From an uncultured Gemmatimonadales bacterium (GTDB taxonomy: Bacteria > Gemmatimonadota > Gemmatimonadetes > Gemmatimonadales > GWC2-71-9), in NCBI GenBank assembly GCA_963751925.1, contig CAVVWJ010000002.1:1510560-1574559 (forward strand): a stretch of DNA of 64,000 nucleotides, read 5' to 3'. This document shows positions 39,931 to 47,502 of this stretch, piece after piece (position 1 is the stretch's first letter; every line of letters begins with the position of its first letter). Under the pieces are notes generated by a model. The model did no database searches. It was not told where the DNA came from and saw nothing but the letters and a program-made list of their open reading frames with translations. The position numbers were made by a program, and so were the translations under genes.

Positions 39931-40919
39931 CGGGCTCGTACCGCTCTCCGCACCAGGGCGCCTGCCAGCAAGCTCAACCCGATTCCAAGAAGCACGCGAG
40001 GAAGGGGATCGGGTACTGGAGGCGGTAGTCTCACCACCCCTGTCTCGTCAGCCACCGCCGGCTGGAACACGTAGCGCCCCCTCCGCGGTACAGCGACTCT
40101 GTCGAAATCACGCGCCAGCTCTCGCAGTCCCTGCAGCATCTCTCCGCCCTGGAGCGGTGGTCCGTGGCCGGTGACTACCCTTGCCGGCTCCAGCGCAACC
40201 AGGCGCTCAACCGAGCGGCGGGCGGCTGACCAATCCGGGGTAAAGTATGCCGGTGGCCCATGCAGTTCCGGTCTTTGCGTGAGCACCGCAATGGCCGACT
40301 CCTGTTTCGTCGTCACAAACGCGTCACCAGCGATGAGCGTGCGATCGGCTTCGCGCCAGAGCGCGACGTGTCCCGGCGTGTGCCCGGGAGAATGAATCCA
40401 CCGCCACTCCGGCATCCCGGGCACCGAGCCGTCTTCCGGTAGTGCGCGAACCCGATTACCCAAATCGATGGGGCCTCTCGGATAGAAACGCGAGAGCGCC
40501 GACATTGCACCCCCGCCAACAGTTGGATCAGGCGGCGGGTAGGGCGATCGTCCGGTGAGATATGGAAGCTCGAGAAAGTGGGCATAGACCGGCACGTCCC
40601 AGTGCTTCAACAACTCGCCGAGTGCTCCGACATGATCGAAGTGCCCATGGGTGAGGATGATCGCCGCCGGCTGGGTCCAGGGCCCGAATCGCTCCTCCGC
40701 TGCCCGGATTATGCTGGGCGCGGAGCCAGGGATCCCGGCATCGATGAGGACCCATGAGCCACTGGGTGCACCTCTCCGGCCGTAGTAGTACAGATTGACG
40801 ATCGCAGCTCTGAAATAGGCCAGATCCGGAGTGATCGTTCGCTGCAGGTCCGGCAACTTCGATCCTACGTTGAGCTCGATCCTATGCATGGCACGCCCTC
40901 CTCTGCTCCGGCCAATCAA
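39927..40919 (-). CDS. MBL-fold metallo-hydrolase with a C-terminal TM anchor
   Basis: The LTHGHFDHVG motif, later H and D ligands, and a hydrophobic C-terminus VLLGIGLSLLAGALV. The start may be MHRIEL (40889). Confidence 0.8.
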   Translation of the reverse strand: MIGRSRGGRAMHRIELNVGSKLPDLQRTITPDLAYFRAAIVNLYYYGRRGAPSGSWVLIDAGIPGSAPSIIRAAEERFGPWTQPAAIILTHGHFDHVGALGELLKHWDVPVYAHFLELPYLTGRSPYPPPDPTVGGGAMSALSRFYPRGPIDLGNRVRALPEDGSVPGMPEWRWIHSPGHTPGHVALWREADRTLIAGDAFVTTKQESAIAVLTQRPELHGPPAYFTPDWSAARRSVERLVALEPARVVTGHGPPLQGGEMLQGLRELARDFDRVAVPRRGRYVFQPAVADETGVVRLPPPVPDPLPRVLLGIGLSLLAGALVRRAVRAR

Positions 40920-41140
40920 CGACCGGTGTGCGTAGCTCCGAGTCTTCGCTCGGGACCGTTATAGTTCGAATCGTGGTGATGACGCCGCTCGATCGCGGCG
41001 TCGCCGGGAGCGTCGTCCGGCCCCGCCAGGCGCGGGTCGAGGTGCGCGGCGGATGCGGGGTGCTTCCCGTGCGCGCCCGAGTCGGATGAGCCGCCCATGG
41101 CGGATTCGGGCAACGGATCGTCTGAATCGGTGGGGATCAT
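40916..41140 (-). CDS. small His/Asp-rich hypothetical protein
   Basis: 74-aa ORF whose stop overlaps the long-form MBL start by 4 nt. The composition is low-complexity (HHHD, GAHGKH), so coding status is uncertain. Confidence 0.3.
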   Translation of the reverse strand: MIPTDSDDPLPESAMGGSSDSGAHGKHPASAAHLDPRLAGPDDAPGDAAIERRHHHDSNYNGPERRLGATHTGR

Positions 41141-41190
41141 GATTCACCTCTTCGAAAGGTTCGAATCTTGGGCGAGCTGGTCGTCAGGCG

Positions 41191-41542
41191 TTACTGAGGC
41201 GGTATCGTCAAAGTGACAACATCTCCGGGCTGAACCACCATCTCGTCGCTGACGGGGCCGCGCGAGGCGCCGATCGGATCGGCCAGGAACCGCAGCGGAC
41301 CGGCGCCGGCCACGAGATACGACGGGAGCGTGAATGACTTCGTCGAATTCCCAGTCGCCAGGCCCAGCCGGGTTCGCTGCCCCCCTGTTCCGAAGGCATA
41401 GATGACCATGTCGGCAAAGCCCTGGTTCTCTACCTCCAACACCGCTGCCTTCCGCGGCTCGGCGCCCTGCGAGGCCGAGTGCCCACCGCATGCGGTGAGC
41501 ATCAGTAACTGCTGTTATCGAAGATCGCACGAACGAACCCAT
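41191..41542 (-). pseudogene. small lipoprotein whose signal peptide and mature part lie in different frames
   Basis: ATG 41542 encodes MGSFVRSSITA.., then that frame turns into Arg-rich nonsense. The +1 frame reads LLMLTACGGHSAS followed by a beta-rich 100-aa body, but has TAA only 4 codons before its own ATG (41502). Confidence 0.6.
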
Positions 41543-41584
41543 GGGCTTCTGGAGACAGGGTGAAGGCGCGGGTGCTCAGGCACT

Positions 41585-41845
41585 CTACGGAGCTCGTCTG
41601 GCTCCCCGGAGCAGGCGAATGATCAGCAGCAGAACGATTGCTCCGATGAACGCCACAAAGATAGCGCCGGCGAGCCCCGAGGCCGGCGTTCCCCAGCCCA
41701 TCCGGCCGAAGAGCCAGCCGCCGATGATCGCACCGAGAATGCCGACGATGATGTCGCCAAGTATGCCGTATCCAATTCCGCCCATGACGAGTGATGCCAG
41801 CAGTCCGGCCACCAAGCCGACGATGATCCAGGTCAGAATGTCCAC
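41585..41845 (-). CDS. GlsB/YeaQ/YmgE (transglycosylase-associated) family membrane protein
   Basis: Gly-zipper TM repeats IIVGLVAGLLAS, GDIIVGILGAIIGGWLF and AIFVAFIGAIVLL. GTG 41845 gives the typical length of about 86 aa. Confidence 0.75.
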   Translation of the reverse strand: MDILTWIIVGLVAGLLASLVMGGIGYGILGDIIVGILGAIIGGWLFGRMGWGTPASGLAGAIFVAFIGAIVLLLIIRLLRGARRAP

Positions 41846-41956
41846 GCGTCCTCCTGCACGGGGGGTGAACTGCAAGATATCAATTATGCCATCGAGCGAC
41901 GCTACTGCGGCGGCCCGGCCGGTGATGTGCTGGCCATCACTCACATCGATCTAGAG

Positions 41957-42406
41957 ATGAAAGGGAATCACGTGCTCAAAGAAGCCCCTGACCACCACGA
42001 CGCGGACCTCGTTCTCAAGATCTACGACCTGCGCCGTGAGCCCGTGATGCGCGAGTCTCGCACCGCCATCAATACGAAGTTCTGGCCTCGGAACGCCGAT
42101 GAAGCGGTGGCGGTCACCAAGAACGACCACCCGCTGAATCTGGCATATCGTCAGACCACCGCCTACTGGGAGATGGTCTACAGTATGGCGCGGCATGGCA
42201 TCGTGCATTCCGACTTCTTAGTCGAGAACAACACCGAAGGATTATTTCTCTTTGCCAGGGTCGAGCCTTATCTCGAGCGGATTCGCCAGGCCGCCTCGCC
42301 GCGCTCCTTCCGGAACACAGAATGGGTGGCGACAAATACCGGGGCGGGGAAACTGCTGATGGAGGGCTTTCGGGCGAGGGTCAAACAGATGCAGAGCTCG
42401 AGCTGA
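41957..42406 (+). CDS. hypothetical protein
   Basis: 149-aa ORF with a non-repetitive, globular-looking sequence (LKIYDLRREPVMRESR...AYWEMVYSMARHGIV). I recognise no motif. Confidence 0.5.
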   Translation: MKGNHVLKEAPDHHDADLVLKIYDLRREPVMRESRTAINTKFWPRNADEAVAVTKNDHPLNLAYRQTTAYWEMVYSMARHGIVHSDFLVENNTEGLFLFARVEPYLERIRQAASPRSFRNTEWVATNTGAGKLLMEGFRARVKQMQSSS

Positions 42407-43192
42407 TTAGGATCGTTCGGTAGCGGCTGCCGAGACGGTGGGGTGCTCACCGGTATCGCTGTCGACTGAATCGATTCTGATGGCAATGGCGGTGATGTTG
42501 TCGAGCCCTCCCCGGCGGTTGGCTTCGCTCACCATGTGATCGACCCAGACCTGGGGCTCGCCACCGCTGCTGAGGATTCGTGTCAGCTGTTCATCTTCCA
42601 GCATTCCCGTCAACCCATCGGACGCAAGCAACAGGACGTCGCCCTTCTCCAGTGAGCCGAAATAGATGTCGGGGATGACGTCGATGCCCGCGCCGACGCA
42701 CCGGGTGATCACGTTGCTGTAGGGATGCACCCTGGCCTGATCCGGTGTGAGGAGCCCGGCGTCGACCTGCTCCTGCACATAGGAATGGTCCTTGGTGAGC
42801 TGGTGAATCTGTCCGTCACGGATCAGGTAGGCTCGGCTGTCTCCCACCTGTCCTATCAGGTACCGCCCGGGGAGCAACACCAGCACGGTCGCCGTCGTGC
42901 CCATCCCCCGCTTGTCGTGTTCGGAGAGGGTGCGCTCGAAGATCGCGTCGTTGGCGGTCCGAATCGCCGTCCGAACCCGCTCCCCCGCCTCTTCGTCGCT
43001 GAGGCCGCGGAGGGAGCCGATGTTCTGTGAGGTGATCCGTACCGCCATTTCGCTGGCGACCTCGCCGGCGGCGTGACCCCCCATACCATCTGCCACGATG
43101 AAGATGCCGTTTTCAGCCAGCATCAAGTAGTTGTCTTCGTTGCCCGAGCGGACGATGCCGACGTCAGTGCGAGCGGCGCAGGTAAAGTGCAC
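42407..43192 (-). CDS. PP2C-family Ser/Thr phosphatase (Stp1-like)
   Basis: RSGNEDN, VADGMGGH, GTTA and LASDGL motifs. Confidence 0.9.
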   Translation of the reverse strand: MHFTCAARTDVGIVRSGNEDNYLMLAENGIFIVADGMGGHAAGEVASEMAVRITSQNIGSLRGLSDEEAGERVRTAIRTANDAIFERTLSEHDKRGMGTTATVLVLLPGRYLIGQVGDSRAYLIRDGQIHQLTKDHSYVQEQVDAGLLTPDQARVHPYSNVITRCVGAGIDVIPDIYFGSLEKGDVLLLASDGLTGMLEDEQLTRILSSGGEPQVWVDHMVSEANRRGGLDNITAIAIRIDSVDSDTGEHPTVSAAATERS

Positions 43193-43201
43193 AGGTCTCC
43201 G

Positions 43202-44524
43202 TCAGGTCAACAACAGGTAAGCCAGTACTACCAGCAGGATGAGCAGCCCGGCGACCAGCACCGGAGAGGGTCCCTTGGGTCGCGGTGCGGACATTCGAAT
43301 GGGCCGGCGAGGCCGGGGACGGGACGCCTGCGGCTGGCTCGACACCGCACCCGGGTTCTCGGCATCGATCCGGTCCATCAGCCGAGTACGCTGGGCCCGC
43401 CCGGCTGGAACGTTGTCATCCAGCGGCTCGAACAGCGCCGTGATGTCGCCAAACTGAAGGATGGTTCCCGGCGAGAGAGGCGTCTCTCCCGTGACCTTTT
43501 CGCCTTCGACAAACGTTCCGTTGGTCGAGCCCAGATCGGTCAGAATCCAAATGGCTTCCCGGCGCTGCAGCTTGGCGTGGGCAGTGCTCACACTGGGGTC
43601 CACGATCACTACGTCGTTGTAGTCGGCCCGGCCGATGTTGATCACCGGGACCTTGATCGGAACTCTGCTGCCCTTGAGCTGTCCGCTCCGGAAGAGGAGT
43701 GACGCCAGCGGCGCGGCCTCAGGGGACGACGGAGTGACCCGCGGCTGCACCGCCTCCGGTATTCCGTGCATCGTGTCGGAGAGGCGTTGGGCTGCTCCGG
43801 CAGGCGCTGGTGCCGGTGCGGCTGTGGCTACTGAAGCCGGTGCCGGCGGCTTCGCTGCCGGGACTGCCGCAGGGGTGTCGGCGTAGAAGCGGAATTCGTC
43901 GTTCCCGATCCGGATCACGTCCGCGCGGGTCAACAAATGCGTCTTTGCGATGCGTTCGCCGTTGACATACGTGCCATTCACGCTGGTGTCCAGCAGAACG
44001 TAGCCTTCCGGGTCTCGCCGAATCTCCGCGTGGTACCGAGAAACCTCGTTCCCACTGACGACGACAGCAGCCCCGGCATCCCGGCCGAATTGAAGCGGCT
44101 GGCCGCCTACAGTGTATTCGCGGCCGTCGGTGAGGCAGACCAGTCGCCCTCCAGTGGTAGTCCCGCCCGAGGTCCTGGCCGACGGCGGCGGCATCAGGTC
44201 GGCAAAGGCGCCGGAATCAAAGAGCTGAGTGCTCCCGGCCCGGTCGGGATCGACAACCAGAATTGCGTGACCACCGATCTCGATCTTGTCACCGTGCAGC
44301 AGGGGAGTAGGATCGGCGCCCAGCCGAATGCCGTTGACGCGGACCTCTGCCTCCGGCCCGGCCGATCGGATGGCAGCGGCCCGAGGCGGAGCCCCCTGCA
44401 CTACGGCGTGGCGCGGCTGCACTCCCTGGCCCTCGAGCACGACCGCGCTGTCTGAGGCTGACCCTATGACCATCTCACCGGCGACGATGGGATGCAGTTC
44501 GCCGCCCAACTTCAAATGAATCAT
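43202..44524 (-). CDS. tail-anchored protein with three FHA domains
   Basis: Three copies of the G.....S R.HA....NG....L..GD.i.iG pattern (aa ~1-95, ~125-215, ~285-375), an Ala/Pro linker, and a C-terminal TM VLVAGLLILLVVLAYLLL. Confidence 0.85.
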   Translation of the reverse strand: MIHLKLGGELHPIVAGEMVIGSASDSAVVLEGQGVQPRHAVVQGAPPRAAAIRSAGPEAEVRVNGIRLGADPTPLLHGDKIEIGGHAILVVDPDRAGSTQLFDSGAFADLMPPPSARTSGGTTTGGRLVCLTDGREYTVGGQPLQFGRDAGAAVVVSGNEVSRYHAEIRRDPEGYVLLDTSVNGTYVNGERIAKTHLLTRADVIRIGNDEFRFYADTPAAVPAAKPPAPASVATAAPAPAPAGAAQRLSDTMHGIPEAVQPRVTPSSPEAAPLASLLFRSGQLKGSRVPIKVPVINIGRADYNDVVIVDPSVSTAHAKLQRREAIWILTDLGSTNGTFVEGEKVTGETPLSPGTILQFGDITALFEPLDDNVPAGRAQRTRLMDRIDAENPGAVSSQPQASRPRPRRPIRMSAPRPKGPSPVLVAGLLILLVVLAYLLLT

Positions 44525-44605
44525 CCACTAATCCCGAGGAGGATATCGAGTGCGAGAAACGTATCGCCCGACATTTGACCAGGCAAGCAATGAAAGCCCC
44601 GCCGG

Positions 44606-46387
44606 CTAGGCGATCCGGCGGTCTTCCTGACCCCGCAGCTGCAGCTGGTAGAGCCGTTGATAGAGACCCTGTTGGGCCAGAAGCTCGCGGTGACTCCCCC
44701 GCTCGCGGATCTCTCCGTGCTGGAGAACGAGGATCTGGTCGGCATGAAGTATTGTGCTCAGGCGATGGGCGACGACCAGGCTGGTACGGCCGGCCATCAG
44801 CTCCGCGATGGCTCGCTGGATCTGGCCCTCCGCCTCGGCATCGACCGAGCTGGTGGCCTCGTCGAGCACGAGGATCGTGGGGTTGAGCGCGAGTGCCCGG
44901 GCAAAGCTCAGGAGCTGCCGCTCCCCCACGCTGAGGCTTCGCCCGCGCTCACCCAGACGATAGGCGTAGCCTTCGGGAAGGCGCTCGATGAACCGGTCTG
45001 CGCCGACTCGGTGGGCGGCCTGTCGGGCAGTGTCCGGGGGGATCGGTGCATCCAGCCGCAGGTTATGAAGGATGTCTCCCGCAAAGAGGAAAAGATCCTG
45101 CTGCACGAAACCGATCATCGACCGGAGATCCGAGGTCGAAAGCTCCCGGATGTCGGTGCCGTCGATCAGGATTCGCCCCCGATCAGGATCGTAGAAGCGT
45201 AACAGCAGGTTGACGATCGTCGTCTTCCCGGCGCCGGTATGACCGACCAGCGCAATCGTCTGGCCCGGTGAAGCCGTGAAGGAGACATCCCGCAGAACCC
45301 AGGGCCCATCCGGAGAGTACCTGAACCAGACCCCCTCAAAGCAAACCGCTCCACGTACCGGTTGGGCCAGCCGGACCGGGTGAGGCGGCTCGAGCACCGC
45401 AACCGGCTCGTCCAGCAGCCCAAACACGCGCTCCGATGATGCCATGGCGCTCTGCAGCAGGTTGAACTTCTCCGAAAGATCCTGCAGCGGCTGGAAAAAG
45501 CGGCGGGTGAGCTGGATGAAGGCAGCGAGAACACCGACGGTGAGCGTGCCGCTCAGAGTCCGGAGACCCCCGTAGTACAGCAGCAGCGCCATGGCCACCG
45601 CCGTGAGCACTTCGACCACCGGGAAGAACACGGCGTAGATAGTGATGGACCGGAGATGCGCCTCGAGGTGGTCCCGGTTGAGGGCGGCAAACTGAGCCGC
45701 GGAATCTGCTTCCCGACCGAACAGTTGAACCACCCGCATACCTGACAGCCGCTCTTGCAGGTAGGCATTGAGCCGGGCGAGCCGGGTTCGGATATCCCGG
45801 AATGCCTCCCGCACCCTCTGGCGAAAAATTCTGGCGGTGAGCCAGACCAGGGGTATGACCGAAAAGGTGACCAGCGCCAGCCGCCAATCGACGAGGAGCA
45901 TCATCGTCATGATGGCGATGAGGGTGAATACGTCCCCAAACACCGTCACCACCCCGGAGGAGAACAGCTCGTTTAGCGTCTCGACGTCGGAGGTCACCCG
46001 AGTCATCAGGCGGCCAACCGGATTTCGATCGAAGTAGCTGATACTCAGCCGCTGCAGGTGGGCAAAGATCTGCATCCGCAGATCGTACATGACCCGCTGG
46101 CCGATCAACGTGGTGAGCAGAGTCTGTCCGTACTCCACCGCGAAGTCGAGGAGCAGCGCAGCCAGGTAAAGGGCCGCCAGCGTGCCGAGAAGGCCGTTGT
46201 CTCGCCTGGGAACAGCGACATCGAGGGCACGTTGCGTGAGTGCGGGGCCGACCAGCGCCAGACCGGCGCCGGCCAGCAGGAGCAGAACCGCGAGGAGCGT
46301 GAGTCCACGATAGGGGCGGAGATAACGCAAGAGCCGCCGGAGGAGCGCGGCGTCGTAGCCTTTGGCGAGAACCTCGTCCTGGTCCAT
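44606..46387 (-). CDS. ABC exporter, fused permease/ATPase (MsbA-like type)
   Basis: Six-TM domain, then Walker A GHTGAGKTT, signature LSVGERQL and Walker B LVLDEATSSVD. Confidence 0.9.
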   Translation of the reverse strand: MDQDEVLAKGYDAALLRRLLRYLRPYRGLTLLAVLLLLAGAGLALVGPALTQRALDVAVPRRDNGLLGTLAALYLAALLLDFAVEYGQTLLTTLIGQRVMYDLRMQIFAHLQRLSISYFDRNPVGRLMTRVTSDVETLNELFSSGVVTVFGDVFTLIAIMTMMLLVDWRLALVTFSVIPLVWLTARIFRQRVREAFRDIRTRLARLNAYLQERLSGMRVVQLFGREADSAAQFAALNRDHLEAHLRSITIYAVFFPVVEVLTAVAMALLLYYGGLRTLSGTLTVGVLAAFIQLTRRFFQPLQDLSEKFNLLQSAMASSERVFGLLDEPVAVLEPPHPVRLAQPVRGAVCFEGVWFRYSPDGPWVLRDVSFTASPGQTIALVGHTGAGKTTIVNLLLRFYDPDRGRILIDGTDIRELSTSDLRSMIGFVQQDLFLFAGDILHNLRLDAPIPPDTARQAAHRVGADRFIERLPEGYAYRLGERGRSLSVGERQLLSFARALALNPTILVLDEATSSVDAEAEGQIQRAIAELMAGRTSLVVAHRLSTILHADQILVLQHGEIRERGSHRELLAQQGLYQRLYQLQLRGQEDRRIA

Positions 46388-46395
46388 GGAAGCGA

Positions 46396-47472
46396 CTACC
46401 CTGCCGGTTCGGGGATGGGAGAATCGTCCACTCCCTTGAGGCCGCGCCGAACCCAGGTGGAAAAGACCAGGAAGCCGAAGCCGATGGTGAAGTAGCTGAG
46501 CGTGAGGCGCCAGATCAGGATGTAAATCGGGGTGAGCTCGCGAGGGACATACGAGGACATCGCCGCGGCGGAGAGCACTTCTCCCACTCCAGACGCGCCG
46601 GGGGTCGGTGCGAAGTACAACAGAAACATCACCAGAGTCTGCACCAGGAGAATGTCCACGAAATTGGCGTGGATGCCGACGGCACGGAGGGCCACGTAGC
46701 CGGCCAGCAGCTTGTTGGCATGAGACGGGCCGGAAAGTATCGTGGCCCAGAACAGCGCCAGCCAGCCTCGCGGGCTGTTGAACGCAACCACGCTCTCATG
46801 GGCCTGGTCAATGCCCGCACGGAGCTGTTCCAGCCTCTCGGCGAACTTCTTGTTGCGGCGGCCGATCGCTTCCGCGGCGCGATGAATGAGGTCCCGCACC
46901 AGCCGGGGGAAGAACAAGACGAACGCCATCAACAAGCCGATCAGCGCGATGATCGTCAGACTGCCCAGGAAGAGATCGAACAGCGACAGACCGAGCACGT
47001 TGCCGCGCTGGCCGAGTGACCGGCCTGCCCCAAAGAAGACCGCGGTTGGCCCGGCGATGGCGAAGAAAAGGATCGTCGCCACGAAGCTCATGAACGTAGA
47101 TGTGACGGCGACAGGCAAAGGAACCCCATACCGTCGCATGGTGTACATCGTCATGGGACCCGCCCCCGAATTCAGAGGCGTGATGTACGCCGCCCAGGCT
47201 CCCATCCCGCCTGCCAGGATCATCCCGGCGAGTGGCGGGTTCGGATAGATATGGCGGGCCACGATCCACAGGCGGAGTCCGCCACCAATCCAATCCATCG
47301 AGGCCAGCCCGAGACCTACCAGGAGCCAGATCCAGTGCAGCCGGCCGACCGCGGCCAAAAAGGCGGGAAGATCGTTTCCATACAACAGCGTGATCCCAAA
47401 CCCTGCCAGCGAGGCCGCGACAAAGATCTGGATGCCGCGCAGCATCAGCTTGGGCGTGAGGAGTCGAGCCAT
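46396..47472 (-). CDS. UPF0104 / lysylphosphatidylglycerol-synthase-TM-region (flippase-like) membrane protein
   Basis: Polytopic membrane protein with a family-typical N-terminus (LMLRGIQIFVAASLAGFGI). The ORF extends to 47511 but ATG 47472 avoids overlap with uvrA. Confidence 0.65.
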   Translation of the reverse strand: MARLLTPKLMLRGIQIFVAASLAGFGITLLYGNDLPAFLAAVGRLHWIWLLVGLGLASMDWIGGGLRLWIVARHIYPNPPLAGMILAGGMGAWAAYITPLNSGAGPMTMYTMRRYGVPLPVAVTSTFMSFVATILFFAIAGPTAVFFGAGRSLGQRGNVLGLSLFDLFLGSLTIIALIGLLMAFVLFFPRLVRDLIHRAAEAIGRRNKKFAERLEQLRAGIDQAHESVVAFNSPRGWLALFWATILSGPSHANKLLAGYVALRAVGIHANFVDILLVQTLVMFLLYFAPTPGASGVGEVLSAAAMSSYVPRELTPIYILIWRLTLSYFTIGFGFLVFSTWVRRGLKGVDDSPIPEPAG

Positions 47473-47502
47473 GAGTGGTAAAGAATAGACTATTTTCCCT
47501 CG

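Noticed and set aside
41144-41542. 132-aa ORF taken at face value as a gene.
   Set aside because: After the first ~11 codons it becomes Arg-rich nonsense, while the overlapping +1 frame has protein-like composition. It is treated instead as the displaced start of the lipoprotein gene.
44590-44620. CCGCCGG...CCGGCGG hairpin around the ABC exporter stop, considered as a terminator before the FHA gene.
   Set aside because: The stem is short, the loop contains the stop codon, and only a weak T-rich stretch follows. The genes look co-transcribed.
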